From an uncultured Candidatus Binatia bacterium (lineage in GTDB: Bacteria; Desulfobacterota; Binatia; DP-6): DNA of 64,000 bases. Each line of letters begins with the position of its first letter. The stretch's first letter is position 1. This document shows positions 55,872-64,000 of the stretch, piece after piece. The stretch lies in assembly GCA_964618895.1 (NCBI GenBank), contig CAZUDO010000063.1, positions 3,279-67,278 of the forward strand, written 5' to 3'. The position numbers and the translations under genes are program-made. The notes under the pieces were generated by a model. It had not been told where the DNA came from and searched no databases. It was given only the letters and a program-made list of their open reading frames with translations.

Positions 55872-57046
55872 ACAACCGCACTCCGTGCGGCGGGCAGGGC
55901 CGCGGCACCTGCCGCCAGCACGCGCTGGTAGATGGTCGCCACCTCGGCACCCGTCCGGCGCACGTCGAACAGGTCACGCACCAGCTCGCGGCCGCGCAAG
56001 GCCCGCCGGCGTGCCTCGTCAGGATGTGTGAGGGCCTCGGTCACGGCGGCGGCGAGCGCCTGCGGATCGCGTGGCGGCACCAGCCAGCCTGTGTCGCCGT
56101 CGATCACGACGTCGGGAAGCCCACCCACAGCCGTGGCCACCGTCGGACAGCCGGCTGCCAGCGATTCGACCGCACCGCCGCAGTTCTCGGAGAGCGAGGG
56201 ATGGACGGCCACGTTCAGATCAGCATACACCGCCGGCACATCGTCGCGCCGGCCGAGGAGATGAATGACGCCACCGGACATGTCCGCGAGCCGCCGCAAC
56301 CGCTCCGCGTAGCGCTGCGCCCCACCCCACGCGCCTCCGACGATGACTCCCCGCGGGGCCGGTTGTCGTCCGCGCAGGCGTGCGACCGCAGCGATGAAGT
56401 CCTCATGTCCCTTCACCCCGCGGCGATGGCCGAGAAACCGTTTCGGGGCGTAGATCCAGGCCACCATGCCAACCAGCGGGGTATCGGCGTCCGCCCCGAG
56501 CACGTGCCGCAACCGCCCGGTCTGCGGCGCGCACAACCTAGAGAGGTCGGTCCCGTAGTACGAGAGAAAGAGGCGCGCCGGCGGAACACCGAGCTGCCGA
56601 TAGCAGTCGACCGTCCAGCGGCAACTGCCGATCCAGTGATCCGCCCCGCCGGCGGATGCCAGATCGAGACGGCGGAAGAACGGATGCTCCAAGTGGAGTG
56701 GCCCAGGTACCTGGAAGAATCGCGGGCGCGGATCGCGATGCCCTAGCGCGAGGCGAGCCACCAGCGTGGTGCTGACGAAATGGCTGTGGATCAGGTCGGG
56801 GTTCACCTGCGCGACGATCTCACGGCAGCGGCGCAGCGCCCGAATCAGGCGCCACGGCTCGGCGGGCGTGAAGTCGAGATCGGCGGCAATCACCTGCGCG
56901 CCAGCGGCCGCGTAGGCCGGCGCCAACCCGGCGGTCGTCGACGGGAGCACGACGGTCACGTCGACGCCGGATTGGCGCAGAACACCGACTTGGCGCAGGG
57001 CCCAGGTCGCGCCCTCGACCGTCTTGATCAGGTGCAGGGCCCTCAT
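55865..57046 (-). CDS. GT4 glycosyltransferase
   Basis: 'HPSLSENCGGAVESLAAGCPTVAT..GG..D'. Confidence 0.9.
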   Translation of the reverse strand: MRALHLIKTVEGATWALRQVGVLRQSGVDVTVVLPSTTAGLAPAYAAAGAQVIAADLDFTPAEPWRLIRALRRCREIVAQVNPDLIHSHFVSTTLVARLALGHRDPRPRFFQVPGPLHLEHPFFRRLDLASAGGADHWIGSCRWTVDCYRQLGVPPARLFLSYYGTDLSRLCAPQTGRLRHVLGADADTPLVGMVAWIYAPKRFLGHRRGVKGHEDFIAAVARLRGRQPAPRGVIVGGAWGGAQRYAERLRRLADMSGGVIHLLGRRDDVPAVYADLNVAVHPSLSENCGGAVESLAAGCPTVATAVGGLPDVVIDGDTGWLVPPRDPQALAAAVTEALTHPDEARRRALRGRELVRDLFDVRRTGAEVATIYQRVLAAGAAALPAARSAVVW

Positions 57047-57294
57047 GCCGCTCTCTCCGACGGCGCGAAGGCGCGCGGCACGGACCGCGGACACCGCACG
57101 GGCCGACGCACCCCGTGGACGCGCTCGATGAAAAACAAGACCGCGATACTCCACAGCGCGGAGTGGCCGACGTTGTGGAAGTCGTTGTGCACCGTAATGA
57201 CCAACGGAAACAAGGCGGCGACGACCACTGTGGCCAGTGTCACCTGCATTCCGAACGTCCGCATCGAGGCGGTGGCTGACTTCATTGGTAACAC
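57043..57294 (-). CDS. Small 2-TM ORF, possibly a wzy/polymerase C-terminal remnant
   Basis: Overlaps both neighbours (13 nt upstream, ATGA downstream); two hydrophobic stretches around 'VHNDFHNVGH'. Confidence 0.45.
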   Translation of the reverse strand: MLPMKSATASMRTFGMQVTLATVVVAALFPLVITVHNDFHNVGHSALWSIAVLFFIERVHGVRRPVRCPRSVPRAFAPSERAA

Positions 57295-58391
57295 CCCACG
57301 ACCTGCTCAAGGGCCCGCGCGATCGAGAAGGCATTCGGCAGGCCGATGGGGTGCTGCACGGCTCCTCCCTCCAACAGGGCGGCGATCTTTCCCGCGAACG
57401 CCTCGGCGTCTCCCGGGTCGGCGGTCGCTAGGGCAGCACCGTGTGCGGCGATTTCGGCGATTCCCGGGAGGGGGCTTGCCACTACGGGCAGCCCAGCGGC
57501 CAGCGCCTCGAGCACGGCCCCGGGGACACCCTCCCAGAGCGAGGGGAGAATGAACAGGTCCGATGCCCGCAACAGCCGCGGCACGTCGTCGCGCGCCCCG
57601 GCAAAACGGAAGACGTGCGTTAGCCCACGCGCGGCGACGGTGCGCTCGATCGTATCGCGCAGCGGGCCTTCCCCCACAAGCAGGAAGACCGCGTCGCGCC
57701 TACGTCCGACGAGAGCAGCAGCAATGTCAACCAGGCCGAGATGGTTCTTCTGGGGATCGAAGCGGGCCACATGGATCAAGAGTCGGGTCCCCGACGGGAG
57801 CCCGAACTCCTGCCGGACTGTGGTGAGCTCTGCGACCCCCGCGTCGCCCACGTCTACGCCGTCGTAGACGACCATCCGGCGTACGTCGGCACGCCACCCT
57901 GGGCCCCAGAACGCCTCCATCACGGCCCCAGCGTTGCCGATCACGCGCGTGGCGAAGCAGTCGATTGCGTGCCGCATCGTCCAGCGATAGGTCCGGCGCA
58001 GCCTCGACGACGGGCACCCGTCATTCGTGTTCCAGAGATGTGCGACCCGCACTGGGACACGAGCCAGTGCGCTCAGCGCGAGGATGACGCCCGAGAACTG
58101 GTGCACGTGGCTGTGAACCACGTCGTAGCGGCCGGCGTGCAGTAGTCGCAGGAAGTGCATCGGGAACACCGTCAGCGGGCGGAGTCCGCACGGCAGAACG
58201 TGCCCGCCTCGCGTTTCGATCACTCCTGCCAGCGGCCCCGGGCGTCCACTGAGGACGCATACGTCGACGGCATACCGGGCCGGGTCGAGCCGCCGCACGA
58301 TCTCAAGCGTCCGGCGTTCGGCCCCCCCCCGGGCGAGGGAGCCGAAGACGTGCAGAACGCGGCGCGGCGAATGCATCGTGACGTTCGTCAT
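57282..58391 (-). CDS. GT4 glycosyltransferase (EpsF-like)
   Basis: 'GGAERRT', 'VVHSH', 'QKNH', 'PSLWEGVPGAVLEALAAGLP'. Confidence 0.92.
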   Translation of the reverse strand: MTNVTMHSPRRVLHVFGSLARGGAERRTLEIVRRLDPARYAVDVCVLSGRPGPLAGVIETRGGHVLPCGLRPLTVFPMHFLRLLHAGRYDVVHSHVHQFSGVILALSALARVPVRVAHLWNTNDGCPSSRLRRTYRWTMRHAIDCFATRVIGNAGAVMEAFWGPGWRADVRRMVVYDGVDVGDAGVAELTTVRQEFGLPSGTRLLIHVARFDPQKNHLGLVDIAAALVGRRRDAVFLLVGEGPLRDTIERTVAARGLTHVFRFAGARDDVPRLLRASDLFILPSLWEGVPGAVLEALAAGLPVVASPLPGIAEIAAHGAALATADPGDAEAFAGKIAALLEGGAVQHPIGLPNAFSIARALEQVVGCYQ

Positions 58392-59686
58392 CGGGCACCG
58401 AGTTCGATCCGAACGCGCCCACCGGCCGGCAGCGAAGGGGCCCCCCAGGCCAGCGCTCCAACGTGTTGGACTCGCACGTAGACGAACGCCAACCCGATCA
58501 TGCGGGCCGCTTCGGTGGTGAGCACCGCCCAGGCAGCGCCGACGATCCCATAGAGTGGGACGAGAAGGGTCGCGCTCGCGAACGCCGCCCCGAGGGCCAA
58601 CACGGCCACCGCGAGCTGCCCGTGGAACCGACGGGCCGCCGTGATCGCGAACCCGAGCACGCTGGCAACGAAACCCACCGCACTCGCGAGTGCCATCCAC
58701 ACGAACGCGCCCGCGCTGACCGCATACTCGGGCGCGTACAGCGTGGCGAGGATGGTCGCCCCGAAGGTACTGACGCCGGCCAGCAGTACCAGCCCGAGCG
58801 CAATTGCCACCCCGAGGCAGCGGTGCACCAGGGCCCGATATGCATGCCTGTCAGCCGTGTATTCGCGTGCCAGGCGTGGCGTCGCAGCGGCCCCGAGCGC
58901 GATCACCACCTGGCTCGCGGCCGCCAAGAGATACCCCATCGCCGCGAAGTGCCCGAGCCCCGCGGGTCCAAGCGAGGTCTGCACGGCATAGCGCGGCACA
59001 TTGACCGTCAGGCTGGTGAGCGCCATGACCCCTCCGAGCGGAAGAGCGAGCCACGCGAGCCGGGGAGTTCGATGCCAATCGAGCCGCGGACGGACCGCGG
59101 TCAGCCCAGCTACTCCGGGCAGATCGATGGCCAGTAGCGTCCCCGCCCACACCACAGCCAATGCGAAGGACGCGGCCGCGACGCTGCCGGTAGCCCATAG
59201 AACCGCCCCGACGGCGGCTACGCTGCCAACCCCTTTTGCAAGCATCGAGAGCGCGATACGCCGCATGCGCTCGGCGTACTGAAGCCGGCCGAAGATCACG
59301 TCGCTCACCGCTTCGACGCCCTTGGCCAGGGCTAGCGCCAGGATCGTCCTGAGTCCGTTGCCATCGTATCCGAACGCGATCGCCGTCGCCGCGATAGCGG
59401 CAAACATTGCCGCGGTCGTGAGCAGCCGGAGTCCGAGATACACGCCGAACGGGAACGCTTCGGCAGCGTCGGTCGCCTGCACCGCGCGGAGGTGGAGATT
59501 TGCAAGCACCATCGCAGGTGCGGAGAAGGCTAGTCCGAAGGCAAACAGGCCGAGCGCCTCGGCACTGCCGACCTTCGCCATCACAGCGAGCAGGCCCCAC
59601 TGGCAGAACGCGTAGCCGGCATTGCCCGCAAAGGCCCATGCGACGTTGCGACCGATGCTGGCACCCACCGTCCCCGGCGACTTCAT
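58388..59686 (-). CDS. wzx: Wzx-type polysaccharide flippase
   Basis: About 12 TM helices; 'YGIVGAAWA'; ATGA overlaps on both sides. Confidence 0.85.
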   Translation of the reverse strand: MKSPGTVGASIGRNVAWAFAGNAGYAFCQWGLLAVMAKVGSAEALGLFAFGLAFSAPAMVLANLHLRAVQATDAAEAFPFGVYLGLRLLTTAAMFAAIAATAIAFGYDGNGLRTILALALAKGVEAVSDVIFGRLQYAERMRRIALSMLAKGVGSVAAVGAVLWATGSVAAASFALAVVWAGTLLAIDLPGVAGLTAVRPRLDWHRTPRLAWLALPLGGVMALTSLTVNVPRYAVQTSLGPAGLGHFAAMGYLLAAASQVVIALGAAATPRLAREYTADRHAYRALVHRCLGVAIALGLVLLAGVSTFGATILATLYAPEYAVSAGAFVWMALASAVGFVASVLGFAITAARRFHGQLAVAVLALGAAFASATLLVPLYGIVGAAWAVLTTEAARMIGLAFVYVRVQHVGALAWGAPSLPAGGRVRIELGAR

Positions 59687-60900
59687 GCCGACAGTCGCTC
59701 GAGCCCACGGCGATCGGCAGCTGCGGCCAGCCGCGCGTAACAGGCCAGTCGGCGCGGCGCGAGGACGCGCGCGTGATAGCCGCGGGCTACCACGAGGTCC
59801 CTGAGCCCGAGGGCACTCCGGTCGCACGCCGGGGCACAGAGCCGACCGATCGCCGCCGCCAACGCCGGCGCATTGCCCGGGGGCACGAGCCGGTCGCCGG
59901 GCAGCAGCTCCGGGATACCGCCCACACGGGTCCCCAAGGCGGGAACGCCACGAGCCATCGCCTCCATCATTGCCCGCGGCAGCCCTTCGGTTAGCGAGGG
60001 CAGCACGAAGAGATCGGCACCGTCCACGACGGCGCGAACGGCGGGCCCCGCGGCCACCTGGCCGTGCCAACGGATCGCTTCGGCAACACCTTTCGCGTGC
60101 GCACGCGCTTCCAGCGACGATCGGTAGACACCATCACCCACAACGGCGAGGGTGATGTCGAGTCCGTGCGCGCGGCACATGGCAAGCGCGTCGACGAGGA
60201 CCTCCTGGCCCTTGTAGAGCTGACTGAGTGTGCCGACGAACACGAGATTCGCGGTCGTCGCCGTGCGCGCCGTTGCCCGCCGCCGGACGACGGTTTCGTC
60301 GACGAACGCGTCGTCGTTCAGTTCGATGCTCGAGTACGACGTAGACCACCCACGCGCAGGATAGCGGGCCTGGAGCGCCGCCGCGGTCACGTACGCAACG
60401 GCATGTGCCTTCCGGCACATGACGCGTAGCTCGCGGGCCAGCATCCACCGGGCTGCCCGAGCCGCGCCGCCAGGAATCGTATTCAACGCATCGAGAGGAT
60501 CGCCGATCACTTCCACCGCCGCCGGCCGCCGCCCCCGCATCCGCCACGCGCCGCCCGCAATCGGCCCGGGTGCGCGCAGCACGAGCGCGTCCGCACGCGC
60601 GGTAGCGGCGGCTGTGCACCGCCATACGCGGCCACACTGGCGGACGTAGTCCGCGGAACCACGATAGTCCGGCAGGGGGACGACCTCGACGCCCGGCCCC
60701 TCGACCGTGTGTGCGCTCTGGGGCATGGGGCCCGCCGCGGTGCGCGCCAGCACGAGGACGTGCGCGAACGCCTCGAGGTAGCGGCGCCAGAAGGCATACC
60801 CATCCACCCCCGTCTGCGAGTAGAGACACCCGTCCGATGCACGCGTGAAGCGATTCTCGACCGCGACCAGCACGGTCGGGCCCGCGGAGCGTCGCGTCAC
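59683..60900 (-). CDS. GT4 glycosyltransferase
   Basis: 'KGQEVL', 'PSLTEGLPRAMMEAMARG...GGIPE'. Confidence 0.92.
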   Translation of the reverse strand: MTRRSAGPTVLVAVENRFTRASDGCLYSQTGVDGYAFWRRYLEAFAHVLVLARTAAGPMPQSAHTVEGPGVEVVPLPDYRGSADYVRQCGRVWRCTAAATARADALVLRAPGPIAGGAWRMRGRRPAAVEVIGDPLDALNTIPGGAARAARWMLARELRVMCRKAHAVAYVTAAALQARYPARGWSTSYSSIELNDDAFVDETVVRRRATARTATTANLVFVGTLSQLYKGQEVLVDALAMCRAHGLDITLAVVGDGVYRSSLEARAHAKGVAEAIRWHGQVAAGPAVRAVVDGADLFVLPSLTEGLPRAMMEAMARGVPALGTRVGGIPELLPGDRLVPPGNAPALAAAIGRLCAPACDRSALGLRDLVVARGYHARVLAPRRLACYARLAAAADRRGLERLSA

Positions 60901-63443
60901 GGCGCCGACCCCTCCGCCTGCGGTGCGACGGCGACCTGCGTCGTGTCACCCCGCAGCGCGGCTTCGCGCCGGCGCAGCACCTCGACGTGCCCGTCGTACA
61001 CCGGCAGGAGATCGGTCGCGTTGCGCTCACCCGCCACCAGCACCTCGGCCGCCATCGGAAAGTCCCCGCGCGCCGCGTAGATGTCGACCGCCAGGTCGCG
61101 GTAGAGCGCGCCGTCCTCGGGCTCGCGCACGACCGCGCCCAGCAACGCGGCCTCGGCGGCCGCGCCGTCGCCGGCCTTCAGGAAGTTCCGCGCCGCGCGC
61201 ACCAGGGTGCCGCCGTCATCCGGCTCGTGTTCGGCGGCTTCCTGCAGGACCGCGGCCGCATCCTGCCAGCGCCCGCGGGCCTCCAGCAGCGCGGCCTGGT
61301 CGTACACGATGGCGCGTCGTTCCTCGCCCGCCGCTGCGCCCTCGAGCGCGCGGTCGAGCCCGCGCTCGATCGCGCCCGCCACCGCCGGCTCGAGCGACGC
61401 GAGCCGTACCGCCAGCGGATCGCCCTCGGCGAGGGCGTGCACGATCTGCTTCGGGTCTTCGCTGTCGAGCGCGAGATCGGGGCTCAGATACGCGTGCGAG
61501 GTGAGTGCCGGCAGCCGGTACATCGATTCCTCGAGCTCGGCCGCGCCGGCCGCCGCATCGCCGCGCGCGAGCAGGGCCAGCGCCAGCCGATCGCGCAGCT
61601 CCGGCGACCACGGGTAGAGGACCAGGGCGCGCCGGAGCGCCTGCTCCCCCTCGGGGCCCGGACCGCTCGCATCGGCGAGGGCCTGGTGCGCTTCCACGCT
61701 GGCCGGCGAACGCTCGAGCGCACGCCGGACGAGCGCCAGGGCGACGGGACGTTCCACGTCGCCGCCTTCGGCGGTGGCCAGGTCGGCGGCCTCGAGACAG
61801 TCGCGGGGGGCGAGCGGCGGGGCGCCCACCACCGCCAGGACGCCGTTGGCGAGCTGCGGCAGGAGCGGCACGGCGAGGAGCACGGTCAGCACGGCGAGCG
61901 CGGGCACGCGTCGGACCGGGCCGAGCGGGCCGCTCAGCACGAGCAGCCCGATCACGAACAGGAGGAGCGTCGAGTTGCCCGGCAGGCGCAGGCTGAAGTC
62001 GACCGCGCTGTGTACCAGGATCGCGGCCACGCCACCCGCCAGCCCCCAGCGGACGCGCACGTCGCCCAGCGCCGCCGCCCAGTCCGCGGGGCGGAACAGT
62101 GCCGGGCGCTCGATCCGGAGATCGTTCGTGCCCTCGTCGTCCGCCCGACGGCGGAGCGCGCGCACGACGGCGAGCGCAAACAACGCCACCAGGAGGCACC
62201 CGACCAGCCCGGTCTCGGCCGCCAGCTCCAGGAAATCGTTGTGGGCATGGTCCCACACACCGCCCGGCACGGGCGGCTCGAGATACGGCCGGTAGGCGTG
62301 CAGCCACGTCCCGAGGCCGGTGCCGAGCACCGGGAAATCCCGCACGATGCGCCACCCGGTGGTGGCGAGCCCGACGCGGCTGGAGAGGCTGATGTCGACC
62401 CCGTCGAGCGCCGCGGCGTCGGTCGGCTCGCTCATCCCCGCCCAGCGCACGACGCTCGCCCCCGCCACCAGCAGGAAGGTCGCAGCGACGCCCAAGACCA
62501 GCACGGCCCGCACGCGGGTGGTGACGCGCCGGTGGCTGCTCTGCCAGAGCACGCCCGCGACCACCACGCCGAGCCCGACGCACAGGGCCGCCGTGCCGCC
62601 CCGCGAGCCGCTCGCCACATGTGCCGCCAGCATGACGAACACCGCCCCGGTGGCGACCAGCGGCGCCCACAGGGCCTGCTGGTGCGCCACCAACGCCGCC
62701 ACACGCGCGCGCCGGGCGCTCACCCCGATGCCGACGCCCGACGCGGCCGACGCCACCAGACGGCGTCCGACCCGCCGGCCGAGCGCGATGGCGTAGGCAA
62801 CGGCGACCGGCAGCAGCATCTCGAGCCAGGCCGCGAAGTGGTTCGGGTTGACGAATGGTCCGGCGGCGCGCCCGGTGCCCGGCGGCACGTCCGCGGGCGA
62901 GAAGAAGCGGCCATCGCCGATCCCCTGCGCGACCAGGGCGAGCGCCGCTACGACCACGCCCCCGCCGACGAGGGTCAGCACCAGGCGGCCAAAGACGCGC
63001 GCGCGCGCTTCCTCGTCCCCCCACGGGTAGCCGGCCACGACCGCGAACACGCCGAAGGCGATCGACAGGCGCGTCAGCTCGGTCCACACCGCGTACGGCT
63101 CGAGGGCGAGCGCGCGCCATGGGCTCCAGTCGCCGCCGCCCGGCCAGCCGGGCAACACGCTCGCGTACAGCCGATGCGCCGCCGGCGCGATCGCGTCGAG
63201 CAGTGCCGGCGGCACCGGCGCGGTGGTGGCGAGCGCGAGCCCCACGAACCCGACCAGCGCCAGCGCGCCCGGCACCGCCGGCCCGCCCAGCTCCCGGCGC
63301 GCGCGCAGCGTGACGGCGAGCAGTCCGAGCACCGCCACCGCGGCCAGGACGACGGCCGCACCCTGCCGGCCGCCGAGCGCGAGCGGCAGCCCGAGGACGA
63401 CCGCCTGCACGCCGAGCAGCACCCACCGATCGCGCCTCAGCAT
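60897..63443 (-). CDS. O-antigen ligase/polymerase family protein with a C-terminal TPR region
   Basis: 'GPFVNPNHFA', 'SGSRGG', 'GTGLGT', 'HAHNDFLE'; helical repeat tail. Confidence 0.88.
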   Translation of the reverse strand: MLRRDRWVLLGVQAVVLGLPLALGGRQGAAVVLAAVAVLGLLAVTLRARRELGGPAVPGALALVGFVGLALATTAPVPPALLDAIAPAAHRLYASVLPGWPGGGDWSPWRALALEPYAVWTELTRLSIAFGVFAVVAGYPWGDEEARARVFGRLVLTLVGGGVVVAALALVAQGIGDGRFFSPADVPPGTGRAAGPFVNPNHFAAWLEMLLPVAVAYAIALGRRVGRRLVASAASGVGIGVSARRARVAALVAHQQALWAPLVATGAVFVMLAAHVASGSRGGTAALCVGLGVVVAGVLWQSSHRRVTTRVRAVLVLGVAATFLLVAGASVVRWAGMSEPTDAAALDGVDISLSSRVGLATTGWRIVRDFPVLGTGLGTWLHAYRPYLEPPVPGGVWDHAHNDFLELAAETGLVGCLLVALFALAVVRALRRRADDEGTNDLRIERPALFRPADWAAALGDVRVRWGLAGGVAAILVHSAVDFSLRLPGNSTLLLFVIGLLVLSGPLGPVRRVPALAVLTVLLAVPLLPQLANGVLAVVGAPPLAPRDCLEAADLATAEGGDVERPVALALVRRALERSPASVEAHQALADASGPGPEGEQALRRALVLYPWSPELRDRLALALLARGDAAAGAAELEESMYRLPALTSHAYLSPDLALDSEDPKQIVHALAEGDPLAVRLASLEPAVAGAIERGLDRALEGAAAGEERRAIVYDQAALLEARGRWQDAAAVLQEAAEHEPDDGGTLVRAARNFLKAGDGAAAEAALLGAVVREPEDGALYRDLAVDIYAARGDFPMAAEVLVAGERNATDLLPVYDGHVEVLRRREAALRGDTTQVAVAPQAEGSAP

Positions 63444-63446
63444 GGC

Positions 63447-64000
63447 TTACGCCTCCTCGAGGGCGGCCGGCTCGCTCGGGCCGTAGCCGTAGTAGCGCCC
63501 GTAGAAGTAGTGGTCGCCCCAGCGCAGATCGACGTTGTTCACCACCGCGCCGAGGATGTGGACGTTGGCCTGCAGGAGCTGATCGCGCGCCCGGCGCACC
63601 AGCTCGCGCGGCGTCTCATGGCCACGCACGACCAGCACCACCCCGTCCGCCTCGCGCCCGAGGACGACGGCGTCGGTCACCGGCAGCACCGGCGGCGAAT
63701 CCAGGATCACGAAATCGTACTCGCCGCGCAGGCGCTCGAGGGTTTCCCGCATGCGCGTCGAGCCGACCATCTCGGCCGGGTTCGGCGGCGGCGGTCCGGC
63801 GGCCACGAACGACAGCCGGGGCGCGTCGAGCACCTGCACCACCGCGTCGAACTCCGCCTGCCCGGAGAGGAAGCTCGACAGGCCGCGCTCGTTGGCGAGG
63901 CCGAGGGTGCGGTGACACGCCGGACGGCGGAGGTCCAGGTCGAGCAGCAGGACACGCGCCCCCGACTCCGCCAGGCAGGCGGCCAGGTTTACGCTGCTCA
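63447..64000 (-). CDS. wzc: Wzc/CpsD-CapB tyrosine kinase domain (partial, 5' end outside the window)
   Basis: 'LLLDLDLRRP', 'PPPNPAEMVGS', 'VILDSPP', Tyr-rich tail 'HYFYGRYYGYG'. Confidence 0.9.
   Translation of the reverse strand, partial: SSVNLAACLAESGARVLLLDLDLRRPACHRTLGLANERGLSSFLSGQAEFDAVVQVLDAPRLSFVAAGPPPPNPAEMVGSTRMRETLERLRGEYDFVILDSPPVLPVTDAVVLGREADGVVLVVRGHETPRELVRRARDQLLQANVHILGAVVNNVDLRWGDHYFYGRYYGYGPSEPAALEEA

Noticed and set aside
22564-64000. Selenoproteins (UGA read-through) implied by tRNA-Sec
   Set aside because: No ORF shows a TGA at a conserved Cys position with homology continuing beyond it; both ferredoxins have complete Cys sets.

Overview
High-GC window from a diderm bacterium (TolC/RND, lipoproteins, Wzx/Wzc). 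The Cys-rich secreted proteins and the RAYT type suggest a Binatota/Myxococcota-like 'Deltaproteobacterium'; this taxonomy is inference. Most long ORFs in the track are GC-rich shadow frames. Layout: (1) 1-1.2 kb: 3' end of a frameshifted cyclase/AAA-TPR gene plus an orphan second copy of its tail. (2) 1.3-9.8 kb: a DUF4331-TPR-RcnA-like-NiCoT/UreH-like-ECF sigma-RskA operon back-to-back with a second ECF sigma/ChrR-cupin anti-sigma and a ferritin-like diiron gene. The motif ATCC-N15/16-CCGTA precedes each transcription unit. (3) 9.8-15.6 kb: DUF2946-like leader ORF plus CxxC beta-barrel, cytochrome c fusion, Cu type II monooxygenase-like operon, RNase T2. (4) 15.6-18 kb: intact Phd-VapC pair among gene scars. 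(5) rsmD-hflX, an L7Ae-like orphan and a sulfatase. (6) tRNA-Sec (22564-22659), followed by a mosaic metal/redox cargo region: two ferredoxins, BlaI/M56-controlled HME-RND efflux, a low-GC lipoprotein pair, chrA-SOD-DUF1080-Fe ABC, a RAYT transposase and TA remnants. No integrase or attR was seen. (7) CNNM/CorC-L,D-transpeptidase, P450, nitroreductase, fused spermidine-synthase-like protein. (8) 50-64 kb: Wzx/Wzc polysaccharide locus with a PglFEDC-like bacillosamine pathway. Best candidate for an undescribed system: the twin-ECF-controlled DUF4331/TPR/Ni-Co transporter locus, whose DUF4331 protein is predicted to expose an ATCUN (Xaa-Xaa-His) metal-binding N-terminus.
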